Source of the DNA: Vicugna vicugna
Lineage: Eukaryota
Assembly: GCA_013265495.1 (NCBI GenBank)
Contig: MU058384.1
Location: 1,985,690 to 2,049,689 of the forward strand
Length of the DNA: 64,000 nt
Direction of reading: 5' to 3'
This document shows positions 1 to 11,490 of this stretch, one piece after another. The notes below the pieces were generated by a model. It was given only the letters and a program-made list of their open reading frames with translations, was not told where the DNA came from and searched no databases. Numbering within the stretch: the first letter of the stretch is position 1; every line of letters begins with the position of its first letter. The translations under genes were made by a program, and so were the position numbers.

Positions 1-13
1 CCTCTTTCAATAC

Positions 14-549
14 TGCACGAGTTATCTATTGCTGCCCACCAAATTACTCCACAATTTAGCAGCTCAGAACAACAAACAAGTATTATCTCCCAGTTTCTAG
101 GTCAGGAATCTAGGCACAGCTTGGCTGGGTCATCAGGCTCAGGGTCCCCCATAAGGCTGCAGTCCAGGTGTGAGCAGGGACGCAGTCCTGGCCAGTCAAA
201 ACTCTGCTGGGGGAGGGTCTGTTTCCAAACTCACTCCTGAGGTTGTTGGCAGGATTCAGCTCCTCAGGGCTGCTGGCCTGAGGCCTCTGCAATTCCTTGT
301 CATGTAAGCCTTCACTTGGGATGGCTGGCTTCAACCGAGTGAGCGAGTGAGAGAGCAGGAGAGGGTAAGCAAGATGCAAGCCAGTCTTTTGCAACCTAAT
401 CTCAGAAGTAACATCCATCATTTTTGCTGTACTATGTTCCTCAGAAGCAAGACATTAGGTTCAGCCCACACTCAAGGAGAGAGGATTATGCAAGGACGGG
501 AATACCAGGGGATGGGGATCATTGAAAACCATCTTAGAAGTTGCCCACA
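14..549 (-). mobile_element. ERVL-MaLR solo LTR (MLT1-type)
   Basis: Begins with the MLT1 antisense terminus (…agttatctattgctgc…caaattactccacaatttagc); typical ~540 bp length. Confidence 0.8.
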
Positions 550-1045
550 AGTATGTTAAACATATTCTTGCAATCCAAAGTGTAATTCAGGAGGCCTTTG
601 AGTTTAGTTTATAAGACAGGAAGGGTGGATTGTGGTAATCATTTCATAATGTACACATATATCCAAACTTCGGTCTCTGTACACCTTAAACATGAACAAT
701 TTTTATTTATCAATAAGACAAAAAAGTGAGAAAAGGTATGAACTTCTGGTTGTTTCTTTTAAAATTACTATTCAACCAATCTTTGATAACTAAATTTCAG
801 GAATTTAAAATAACTTTTGCAAAATGATGTTTTTTTAAAACTGTTTCAGTCATCTGTATTCAAAATACTATTGGTGTTTAGAACACTCAATATTGTACAT
901 TACTGGATCCAAGTGCCTGTTTCAAGGACACCTATTTTTTTAAGTGCTAAGGCTACTGCTATGCCCGTCTCTGGAGTTAATTTTGATTGATCTTAAATAG
1001 AATTATTTCTCAAGATTCCTCTTCCTTCTCTGTTTCCACCTAGAA

Positions 1046-1313
1046 CAATTTCTACCAAGGATATCCTGAGGAATACTAGTTACGTACGATGTGCCTCTAT
1101 TTCTATGGTTAAATAAGTCTAGGAAACACTCTATATTTTATGAGTCATAACATTCACTAGTAAAGACCCTAAGAAGTCCAGCAGTAAAGAAACCGGCTTA
1201 CTCTTAACTTAGAATTTCCCAAGTTTATACAGCCTACAAATTCCTTTACATATAGTACCAATTAACATCCTGTGAAACTAGAGTTCTGCTAAATACTTTT
1301 TTGGGAAATAGTG
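1046..1313. mobile_element. hAT-Charlie non-autonomous DNA transposon
   Basis: Degenerate TIRs caatttctaccaagg / ttgggaaatagtg; 8-bp TSD acctagaa / ccttagag with the Charlie-type TAG core. Confidence 0.7.
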
Positions 1314-1990
1314 CCTTAGAGCAAAAATAACTACTTCCAGCAACAGCATTCAAGTGAGTTGATGCAAAGGTGAAAATTCAAGTGAAAAGGTAGACACTGA
1401 GTCTCTCTTGTAAACAACCAGTTCTTTAGGAAACATCTTGGGAAATTTCTTTAAAATTCTATAAACTGCAGCTGTTATAATGATACAAATGCATTAAGTA
1501 CTAATTCTAAGTAACGTAAAACAGTTGAACATCCACCATACTGCTTCCTTTTCAGAAATGTCATTTATGCTATTATGTTCCACTGAAGAACAAAAAAATT
1601 AGAGTCAACAACCTATTATGGACTACTTTTTTCAATGGGAAGACATATTTGCCAATATTATAACCAAAAGCAACATCCAAATTTTGTTCAGAACCTTCCA
1701 TATAATAAATACTACAGAATCTGAAAACATATTGCCTGTACCCTCTGTATATGCTAATAGTTCTTTTCTTTGCCATCACATGAATAATCAGTTTCACCTT
1801 TAGTTCAGTTGCAAGGACTGTTATGTATGTTTCTGGAGTTAATTTTAATTGATCTTTAATAGAATTCCCTCTCAAGATTTCCTTTCTTTCTGCAGAATAT
1901 TCATTCTGAGTACTTGAATGTCAATATGGTACTGCATGGATTAAAGATGGCCACAAGTTTGCTGCTCCTCTCTTCAAGAGGTAGAGTCTA

Positions 1991-2278
1991 CACAGACATA
2001 GACAACAAATTATGCTTAGTTACCAAAGGGGAAAGTTGGGGGGAAGGATAAATTAGGAGTTTGGGATTAACAGATATATACTACTATATATAAAATAGAT
2101 AAACAACAAGGACCTACTCTATAGCACAGGGAACTACATTCAATTTCTTGTACTAGGCTATAATGAAAAAGAATCTCAAAATGTGTATGTGTGTGTGTAG
2201 TTGAATCGCTTTGCTGTACACCTGAAACTAACATCATAAGTCAACTACACTTCAATAAAAAATTAAAATTAAAAAAAA
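1991..2278 (+). mobile_element. 5'-truncated L1 3' end (artiodactyl/camelid type)
   Basis: ggataaattaggagtttgggattaacagata…tatagcacagggaactacattcaa…AATAAA + A-tail; degenerate TSD aagaggtagagtcta / aaagggtaacatcta. Confidence 0.85.
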
Positions 2279-2471
2279 GGGTAACATCTATTTCCCCTCC
2301 CCTTGAATCTGACCTGGCCTTGTGACTTGCCTTGACCAACTAAAAATGTAGCGAAAGTGATGCTGCTCCAGTTTCCATCTTAGCTTTGCTCTCACTCTCT
2401 TAAAGCCAGACACCATGCTGTGAAGGAGCTTGAGCTTGACTGTGGAATGGTGAGAGCCCATATGGAGAAGG

Positions 2472-2888
2472 TGACAAAGACTCTTTCCTTGACCAAACTT
2501 GAATCAGATCCCTGAGAGTCCTCTTGTCCATTAGGCCTTAGCCTTGGGCTCTGTCCTTGGTCTGCTTAGTCCAGTTTTAGTAAGAATCCTGCTAGATCAG
2601 TTTATCAAAAATATCCCCCTCTTGGTATCTTATCACCCTGGCCTGCCTTCAGCAAGAATCCTATCAAGTTGGTTTAGCCAGAATCTCCCTACTCCTGATG
2701 TTTCCTTTCAGTAATTTTCCATTCACTGACCCCCACCCTGCTCCTTGGCTATAAATTCCTATTTTTTCTTGTTGTATTCAGAGTTGGGTTTAACTCTCCC
2801 CTACTACAAACCCCACTGTAGTGGTCTCCCTGAATAAAGTCTGCCTTACCATCTTTAACAAGTTTTATGGATACATTTTTCTTTAACA
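2472..2888 (+). mobile_element. ERV1 solo LTR (MER67-like)
   Basis: TG…CA termini, 4-bp TSD AAGG (2468-2471, 2889-2892), TATAAA and AATAAA inside. Confidence 0.85.
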
Positions 2889-2956
2889 AAGGATCCTGGA
2901 AAGCTGGAAGATAAGAAGCCATGTTTGATGTTCCAGCCTCAGCCAGGCTCCTAGCT

Positions 2957-3117
2957 CAATGGTTCTCAGCCTGAGCAGTTTTTCCCCCAGGGGGCATATT
3001 TGGATGCCACTTCCAGCATCTAGCAGGCAGAGGCCAAGGATGCTGCTGAAGTCCTGGAATGCACAGGACAGTCCCCACAGCAAGGAATTATCCAGCCTCC
3101 AAGGTTGAGAAATCCTG
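2957..3117 (+). mobile_element. MER20-like hAT-Charlie element (internally deleted)
   Basis: TIRs caatggttctcagcc / ggttgagaaatcctg; MER20 core gaggccaaggatgctgctgaa…gcacaggacag. Confidence 0.8.
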
Positions 3118-3229
3118 CTCAGATGAATGCAGCCATGTGAGTCACCATAGCTTCACCATACAGAGCACATTGCCCAGATGCACCCAGCCAATCCACAGAA
3201 TTGTTTTAAGCAACTGTTGGGGGTAGTTA

Positions 3230-3425
3230 CAATGCTGTGCTCTTGTTGAACCACTGATTAGGGGGAGGGAAGGAGCCCTGATGTGTAGCATTTGCACTTG
3301 CCCAAGGTATAAATCTCCAGCCATGGCCTAGTTTAGGCTACCAACATAAGCCACTGAACTCAAAGCTAGAAAGAGGTGTGTATGACAATCGACTCTGAGA
3401 GCCAGGAGGACTTGGTTACACTGTA
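3230..3425 (-). mobile_element. MER63-like hAT element
   Basis: Minus strand reads gttcagtggcttatgttggtagcc…ggccatggctggagatttatacc…gcaaatgctacacatcagggc, matching the recalled MER63 consensus. Confidence 0.65.
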
Positions 3426-4029
3426 ACAGGCAATTGAGGCAACAGCCTACGTACAATGTCTTTTTATGTCTGAATTCCAGGCATGGGCTTTCCCGGGTTC
3501 TGCTGGCCACCTAATCAGGGCTCTCTACCTGGATACTGTCTGTGATCACATTTCTACTGGAAGCTTCTCCTTTAAATGCCAAGACATTGCTTCTACAGTC
3601 TTTCCTGCTTGTACTATTTTTTACGACATTAAAATTGCCAAATTGGGTTTAGTCAAGAGGTTCCCACAGAGCATCACAGCAGGGACTCCACTCCAAAGTA
3701 ATCCCACAGCCCTCTCAAATCCATAGTCCTGAGGCAAATGGTCTGATTTGGAATAAAACATTGCTCTCACTAACCTGTGGGTTTCCTTTGTGAAATGAAG
3801 CCTCTAAAGAGTAACCAGAGGAGCCAGGCAAAAGTGGAAGCAGGGGTGGGGAAAGGGCTACCTAGGCTGGCTTTTGTGCAGAAAAAGGTTATTTCCTTCC
3901 AGACAGAGGGAGTATCTTCTAGCACATAAGCCCAAAACATTCTCTGTTATTTCCTAGAGCAGCCATTTCTCAGGTTTCAGGGTGGATACTAGATTTAGGT
4001 TCTATTAAGAGTGATTCTAGTTTTGTGGT

Positions 4030-4210
4030 TAGGAAACAATGAATGGAGCCAAACTTCCTGGGTTCCGGTCTTGGCTTCCTAGCTGTGTGACCTTGGGCAA
4101 CGTCTTTGTGAAACAGGGATAATGATGGTATCTGTTTCAGAGTTAAGATAGATAATGTCTGTGTACTGCCTCGCACGTAGTAAGCTCTCAATAAATAGTA
4201 GCTCTTATTA
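4030..4210 (+). mobile_element. MIR SINE
   Basis: ctagctgtgtgaccttgggcaa core and ctcaataaatagtagct end. Confidence 0.75.
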
Positions 4211-7200
4211 TTTGTATTCGCAGGAATATTTAAAGTTTATATTCACTGTTGCTATTTAAACGCCGTCTGTTTAACCGCAAATGCTATTCAACTTTCTACT
4301 TTTTAACTGTAAACAAGATTTTTTTTTTCTAAAAGTAGTGCTAGTTCTAGGTCAAGGATAAACTGTTTTCGGCACACAACTTTAGTCTCATCCAAGAACA
4401 AACCACACCCTACTTCCTGTTGTGTGCAAATATGGGTACCTTAAAGGGACAGTCAAAGCCAGGGACCTGCGCAGGATGCTAAGGTTGCAACAGAGCGCAC
4501 TCTGGTGTACACAGCTGGAAGCCAGAAAGGGAGAAGAATATGAGAAGCAATGTTTTCTCTGCCCAAGAGTTTGAAGGCGATTTGTGTAGGTATAAGAAGT
4601 CATTGCAAATTACTAGATTAAAAAATCATATGATGAAAGCAGTATTTCTGGCAGAATAATCTGACAGTTACATTCAGGACTGATATGATAGAAAAAGTGG
4701 TGACTCGGAAGCCAGCAGAAAACCTATTGTATCATTTTGGGGACGAGATTATGAGCGTTTGGGATTAGGAGGTCAACAGGGGAACCCAGAGGAAAGGATG
4801 GACATGACAGACATTTTGAAGGAAGAAATCACAGGACCTATAGACAAAAATCTTTGATCTTAAAGAAAGGCAATCTCATCAATTTCTCTTTCGGTTTAGA
4901 TTGATACCATGAATTTCAACACCCACAAATAACCTGGTAGCACATTCTATTCTGGGAACACCCATAAGTGTAAAAAGAACCCAATATTTATGATGTTGGG
5001 TTGTTTCCTTTAAAGAACGGTACTAATTTACTATTAATCCAAGTTTGAACATTCTAGGTAACATTGGACATTTTGTCATTAAAAGATGCTGACCAGTGAG
5101 CTAGATGACTTTTGTATAGTCTGGATTAAGTCAACAATCCTGGGTTCAGTGGTTTCTCAAGACATTTTTAAGTTTCAGTCTGAGATAAAAGAAGAGCTGG
5201 ACATTTCCTGTCCAACATTCTGGGTGACTCTACTTCCCAATCTAGTATTCAGTGAAGTAGATTTAATTCAACATATATTTTTCTGGTACCAATTTTATGC
5301 AAAGCTCTGTAATAGATGAATAGCAAGCACCTTTCATTCATAAGTTGCAGAAGTGTCATGATCATAGCATGAACAGGTTAAAAAGAAGGAACTTTGGATT
5401 TAGTCCATCTATTTATCTTTGACTCACATATGGAGTATCTTCTGACTTCTTGTCTATAGGTGACAATTTGATTCACAGTCTTTTCCCTTTGTCTTACCTA
5501 CTGATGAGGAAGAACAGAAAACAGAAAAGAAAACACATCGTTCAAATTACCAGATGATTCTTTTCTATCTTATAATGGCAACTTCATTTCGTTTGTTTTC
5601 CAAAATACTTACTGAGCATATGATGAAGCTCTGTGCCAGGTCCAAGTGCAGTGATGAAGAAACAAACCCAGTGCACTCTCAGGGGGCTCATAGCCTGGTG
5701 AGAGAAAGACGCAGTGTGTTTTTATTCTCATGCCTTTCTTCAAAAGGATTTACAGAGAAAAAAAATGGCCAACATAAGAAAATGAAATTTATCAGAAGAA
5801 AATGAGAAAGATAAGGCAAAGAAAAAGCAATAATGGGATGGTACAATAGAGGTGGACTAATACACAAAATAAATACAATGAAGGCCTGCATGTATTTGCT
5901 CAGGATCCACCAGGAATTGGGCTCTAAGCTTTTCAGCAATCTCTGTCAAAGAAGAAACATGGTCAGTTACACAATCCACAGGTTCTTCCTGATAAAAGCA
6001 GACTAATTGCTCAAGAAAAATACAGCTGATATAAGGCTAAACAAACAAACCATCAAGGATCCTACAAATGTAATACTACTGACATTCTAAGGAACATCCT
6101 CAATAATATCCTTATAGGGAAAGGGTGGGGCTCTTCCTTACAGAGCATCCCAGTGGGAGCAGACGGCTCATCACCAAAGCCCGGCTCAGTAAAAGCAATT
6201 CTCCAGGGGTGTGCTCCAGCAGAAAACTTCATTATAAGGTAAATACAGATGTAGAAATATGCATAAAGCACCATGGGAGAACAGAGGGGACACAATTCTG
6301 TGCAATTTCATTATTCAAGGTTGGAGCAGACGTCATCAATGAGGAGAGATTCTGGGAACTTCCATTTCCAAAGGAAATATGCAAATTTTATTGCAAATAT
6401 CTGACCTTCTTAAAACTCAAAATTTTATTATGGATGGAATATTGTTTAAAAGGGTATTCTCATCATAGGAAAACTAACATTAAAAAATCAAAACACACCA
6501 TTCATTGAAAGATTCTCATTTTCTTTGTAGTTAATGTATCTCGGCTCACCTTTAATATTAAATATAATGAATAATAAATTGAGAAAAAATAGTCTACCAA
6601 CTTGAGGGGTGGGTGCCCAAAGAATTGATGAGAGGTTAGCGTTACATCAAGTTTATGGTAGGCTCCCTCAGAAACCCAATATCCACAGAACAAGAGGAGT
6701 TCTTGGGAGGTTAGTTCTGATTCCATGTTAAACTGCATTTAAAAAAAAATTATACGAACAGGAGTTATATTTCCACCTTATAATAGAAAAAGAAAGAGCA
6801 AACAGAAAAGGAAGTTGTCAACATAAAAGAATCCACACATCTGATGTCAAGGAGTCTTACATACATTTATAATCTATTCAATGAAAAGGGGTGACAAGAT
6901 TTGTCTTGAAGGGAAAGAAAAGCAGAAGAATGTAACATGCTTCTATGGTAGGTTTTATGAAGATAGTATCTTTTCTCAGGAGTCAAACAGGTGTGAAAGG
7001 TAAGCAAAGCAGTTTACCTTCCAACTCTTTCCACCATGACAAGCTTCCTCATCAGTAGGTGAGCCGTGCACGTGAGTAGCAGGGCTTCCGTAACAGCGTG
7101 ATTGGGCCTAACACCAGATGAGGAAGGATAACGTTAAATCTCCGCAGATACAAATGTGCAAAAGGAGAATGACTGGCACAGATGAGAAATCTGAGAGCTC

Positions 7201-10200
7201 CTACTTGCCCACAACCAATCAGAGGGCATTGGGGACCAACTGCATCGACTTCTCCATTTTCTCTCTGTGATTGTACCTCTGTACCTGTGATTTGCTGCTG
7301 AGTTTACAAACCGGTATTTAAGATCTTCATCCAGCAGTGCCTTAGATACTAAGGTTGACAACATTTTATGTGTGACAGAAATAAAAACAGAGTATTTCCA
7401 ATCTATCTGCCAGCCTGTAAAGAGGTGGATCTTTCGGTTTAAGGATCTTTTATTTGCTGAACACAAATGAAGTCATCCTGCGTACTACGGACACTTGGAG
7501 ACAGTTAAAGGATGGGTGCGGAGGCGTTGGCATGAGATTTCCAAGCAGAAGAGAGTGGAAAGGGGGGTGGGGAGGAAACCAAGAAGGAAAGGAAGCTGAA
7601 GGTGGTATGAACGGAGGGAAGAGGAAAGATGGGGAGCAAGAGGCGCATCAGTTGGGAGGAGGAGGAGGAGGGGAGATCTGGGGGAGAAAAGAGATTTGTG
7701 GGAGGAGACTTGCCTCATGTAAGGAACCATCTTGCCCTGGAACCATCCGCCCCATCTCCATATACACACATATCACATACAAAACCTCGCGTAAAATACC
7801 AGCCTCTGAACACTGGCTTGGGGTGGATTTTCTTTGGGGAAGCCAATAGTTGTGTTTGATCCTACGTCTTAGCTGGTGAGGAGCAAGAACAGGGGCGGCC
7901 ATGAGAGGACAAGCACATCCATCCGCTCTGTTTGCCCAACTCTGTGACCAACCAGTAAAAATCATGGAAGGGCAGCAGCCCTCCTTGACTCCACCTTTCT
8001 CTTCCCACTTTATCCATCGACTGCCCAGAGCCTGTGGATTCTGCCTCTGCAGTCGCTCACAAGCAGACCGCCTTCCTTTCTACTCCCGCGGCCTCTTCCC
8101 CGCGTCCTCCCCTGACTTGCAGCAGGCCTCGATCTCCCCCACCGCTCAGTACTCGCCACACTTTTCTGCAATTCACTTACCCCGTGGACCTGTTCTAAAT
8201 TATATTTGAATTATTCGCGAAGACACTGACTCCCTAAGTGCAGCAGCAGCTCTCTGAGGGCTACTTTCTTCTCAGCTGCATAGATTTGGCAAATAGTTTA
8301 GGAAATCTTTGTGAAAGCAAAAGAGAGAGAAGGAAAAGGGAAAGAAAAGGGAAGTAGAAGTGAATGGAACAAAAGGAAGGCAAGGAAGGAAGTGGAAGGA
8401 ATTCAGTAGCCTCTTTTTATGTGGGGTGTATGATAGGTCATCCGTACAAGTTTAATTTTATTTCCTCTCAAAATAAGCTTTTTTCACCCTTTTTCTTTTT
8501 TCATGACCACATCCTTATTTTATTTGAAATAGGTGAATCACGCAGGATTTATACGAATTCAAATATCAGTGTTTAGTCCCACATTTCCCTCTTACTCAAA
8601 TACCATTTCTATTCTGTTTTTTCTTTACAGTCAATGTCTTTTATGCTTAAGAAAATAGAAAAGTAGACTAAATACTAGTTTGGAGACTGTTCAAAGTAAT
8701 TTTATTTTGCTGTATACTTCATTTATCCTTCCTGAGTATCGGAGGCATTTCCTGAAGGTCAGTATATCATATATTTCCAAAATGATTATTGTTCTCATTT
8801 CTGTGGCTCAGAAAAATCTGACAAGAACCTCTGCAGCTGCACTGGTCAATGTCTCAGACTGTGATCCCCAGCCAGGTGCAAGGACAATGGCTGTCTATTA
8901 ATATCCCCCACCCCCACCCCCACCCCAGCCAGCTGTTCTCCCGACATGTGTAACAACCGGGCCCTGGGCAGGAGGACTCTATTTTATTGGCAGCCTCCTC
9001 TTTTTCGGTAGGGAATAAACTTTGCTATCCATTTTGAAATAGATTCCAATGGGTTAAAAGAAATCAGTTATGTTCTATGCACTGTATTTTCAATCCAAAG
9101 CACCAGTAATAGACCCTTTTAGGCCAATACAATGTCTGAAGTGGATACAGAGCCCAGGTCACAAAAGTTATTGGTGGAATGATTGTAATTTCACTTGAGT
9201 CCGCAATGGAAATCAATCCTCCATGAAAGTACCCTGTGATCGGGTGTAATTGCACATAATGAATAGGTAAAACATGAAACAGAAGATCATGTTGGCAGGT
9301 AAGTTGTGAGAAGACCACAGGAATATATGTAAAAGGAATGCAAGATAATAAAGATGGGTGATATTTCAGGTTTTAAAACTACTCACAAAGTCGTTTAAGG
9401 ATGAGGGGTGCCAGCTCTCAGATAGGCCATATTCTTTATTCTCTCACTTTGAAGTTAGAAACACTTGATGAACGGAATTATCATCTAAAATCAGAAAGGT
9501 GGTAGAAACCAAAGTGTTCTGTGTCAGATTTATTTCATCCAAAGTCATATAATCTTATATTTGGAAGAAACCTTGCAATCCCACCTCCTGTTGAGCCCTG
9601 GAATTCCTTCTATAACGTCCTGAAGCAGATGATCATTTAACCTTAGACTGACTCCAGACTTGCTTGATTATTTAGCCTTAACTTGAAGTCTTCCTCTGAT
9701 AGTGAGCTAAGACAGCCTACTACATTATTGAACATCTTTGATTCCCAGAAAGTTCCCTTGTATGTTGAGGTGAATCTTGCAGCCTTATAATTCCTCTCCA
9801 TTGATCACAGTTTTGCTCTCTGGAATATGCTGGAAGATAGCCCCTATGTAGATAGAGTGATAATTTAAGATATCCTAGGTCCAAACAGTAGAGAATTAAG
9901 AAAGGTGAAATAAGACGCATATTTTTATATCCAACTTTTTGGATCAAAGTAAATAGCATAAGTCATTGTTCTGTTTTACATTTAAGGTGCATAGTATATA
10001 CAGTTAAGATTTAAAGGTATGCCACCCCCAAGTACAATGTGATACTTTCTCGAACTAGACTCAATTATCATCACTCAATTTCTTACGTTATTCCAGTTTT
10101 TGTAAACAACCCAGCCTGCCATCAAGCAGGTTAAAGCGTTTCAGACTAGTAAACAGGGAAATAATTTTTCCAAGAATTTCTTTCCCTAAAAATATTAGGG

Positions 10201-10530
10201 AATGGCACTTCTTTTCATCTGATTTTTAGCCCAATAAATTGAATGCTGAAATTGTCACTAATAATTAGAGACGTCTTGGGAGACATCTGCATTGCTGCAG
10301 CCTCAGGCAGAACTTCAGAGTTTGCAAACAACGCACTGAAACTCTACCACTTCCCCTGCTTCTGAGGTTAAAAGCAAGTGCTTGCCCTCATTACTCTAGC
10401 TAAGATCTTATCTCCTCTTGTTTTTCTTCCTCTGACAGGCTGCCCTGGTACCTCTCCTCCTGGGCACGATAGAAAAGTACTTTGATATTTGCTTTCCTCC
10501 GAGCTCAAATTGAAAGAAGATCATCAGGGG

Positions 10531-10557
10531 ACACACACACACACACACACACACACA
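10531..10557. repeat. (AC)n microsatellite
   Basis: Directly visible. Confidence 0.95.
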
Positions 10558-11352
10558 GCATTAGTCTACTGCATTTCTAGCTCTCCTTCCTCGTTTGTAA
10601 TGGATAAATCACCATGTCCTGTATTCACTTTGGATTTTTATAACCATACCTTCATAAAAAAGATTTGTTCACTTCAAGTAATTAATTCTTTTCTTCCTCT
10701 AAACAAATTTTGAAAGGGATATATTTTACACACTATAGATTAGTTCTCTCATAGGTTACTAATATGCTAAGTTCCTTTTGAACAACAATGGAGCATATTT
10801 CTATCTCATGCTTCAAAGAAAATAGCCGACTGAGTTCTAGAAAGCAAGGGTGCTTTCTAGAAATGGATACATTTTTTCAACCAAATGGCCTATTTAAGCC
10901 AGATCATGCTGGGAGTCAGATATTTTAAAAAGTTAGAATTGACAGAAAAAAATAAATGCCCATTCAAAAGAAAAATAGTTCTTTTTCTCCTTATCTTTTT
11001 AAGGTCAGTGAAAGACTCTTAACAATTTTACAACTGTTTAAAAAATTTAACAATATACCATCTACTTGTATAAATATTTATCCAACTGAGTCCTCAAAAC
11101 AAGCCTGGAAGCATTACTCACAACATGTTTGCAAATAAGGAAACAAGCTCAGGGAGGAAGCCCTGAGACAGGCCCAACATCCCAGGATCCAGACTTGACA
11201 TTCCATGGCATCAGAGCCCAGGCATGTCCACAAGAGCCTCACTGGTCCACTGATATGTGGGCTCACTTGGGTCTGCTATTCCAAATAAAAGAGACCTCTG
11301 CATTTGCTTTCTAAATAGTTGTCTTCCAAACATCTTTAGCTTAGTAAATCTT

Positions 11353-11490
11353 TTCTTTTTTTTTTTTTGGCGGAGGGACGTAATTAGGTTTGTTTGTTTG
11401 TTTGTTTATTTAATGGGGGGTACTAGGAATTGAACCCAGGACTTCGTGCATTCCAGACATGCACTCTACCACTGAGCTTTACCCTCCCCC
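11353..11490 (-). mobile_element. Camelid tRNA-derived SINE (vic-1-like)
   Basis: Minus strand reads gggggagggtaaagctcagtggtagag (A box)…gggttcaattcc (B box)…A-tail; 17-bp TSD ttagctt(a/g)gtaaatctt. Confidence 0.9.

Larger units (their letters stand above)
1933..3230 (+). mobile_element. MLT1-type MaLR LTR split by three later insertions
   Basis: tggattaaagatggccacaa start. MaLR sequence resumes after each insert (…cccttgaatctgacctggccttgtgacttg…; …ttgttttaagcaac…). Confidence 0.75.
935..7477 (-). pseudogene. Candidate decayed large ORF of unknown family, interrupted by TEs
   Basis: Long low-stop minus-strand frames in non-repeat DNA (1890-935, 3803-3530, ~5250-4850, ~6400-5880, 7476-7290). 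The frame is restored across an hAT insertion, and an internal repeat shows synonymous differences. Confidence 0.55.

Noticed and set aside
1790..1875. Resemblance of GNSIKDQLKLTPETYITVLATELKVKL to gasdermin E (…IAYGVIELYVKL)
   Set aside because: Flanking sequence does not continue in a gasdermin-like way and the motif is internally repeated; likely coincidence.
5493..7063. 19/20-nt inverted match cttcctcatcagtaggt(a/g)ag at 5493-5512 and 7044-7063
   Set aside because: Short, resembles the common MIR core ttcctcatctgtaa, and is plausibly chance in a 64-kb window.
9064..9318. 84-aa minus ORF with a ZU5-like GGLISI…IIPP look
   Set aside because: The resemblance is too short, there is no clear splice or frame link to the fossil ORF, and it lies upstream of the inferred first exon. 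Left unassigned.
11420..11490. tRNA-like A/B boxes
   Set aside because: Part of a SINE with A-tail and TSDs, not a functional tRNA.
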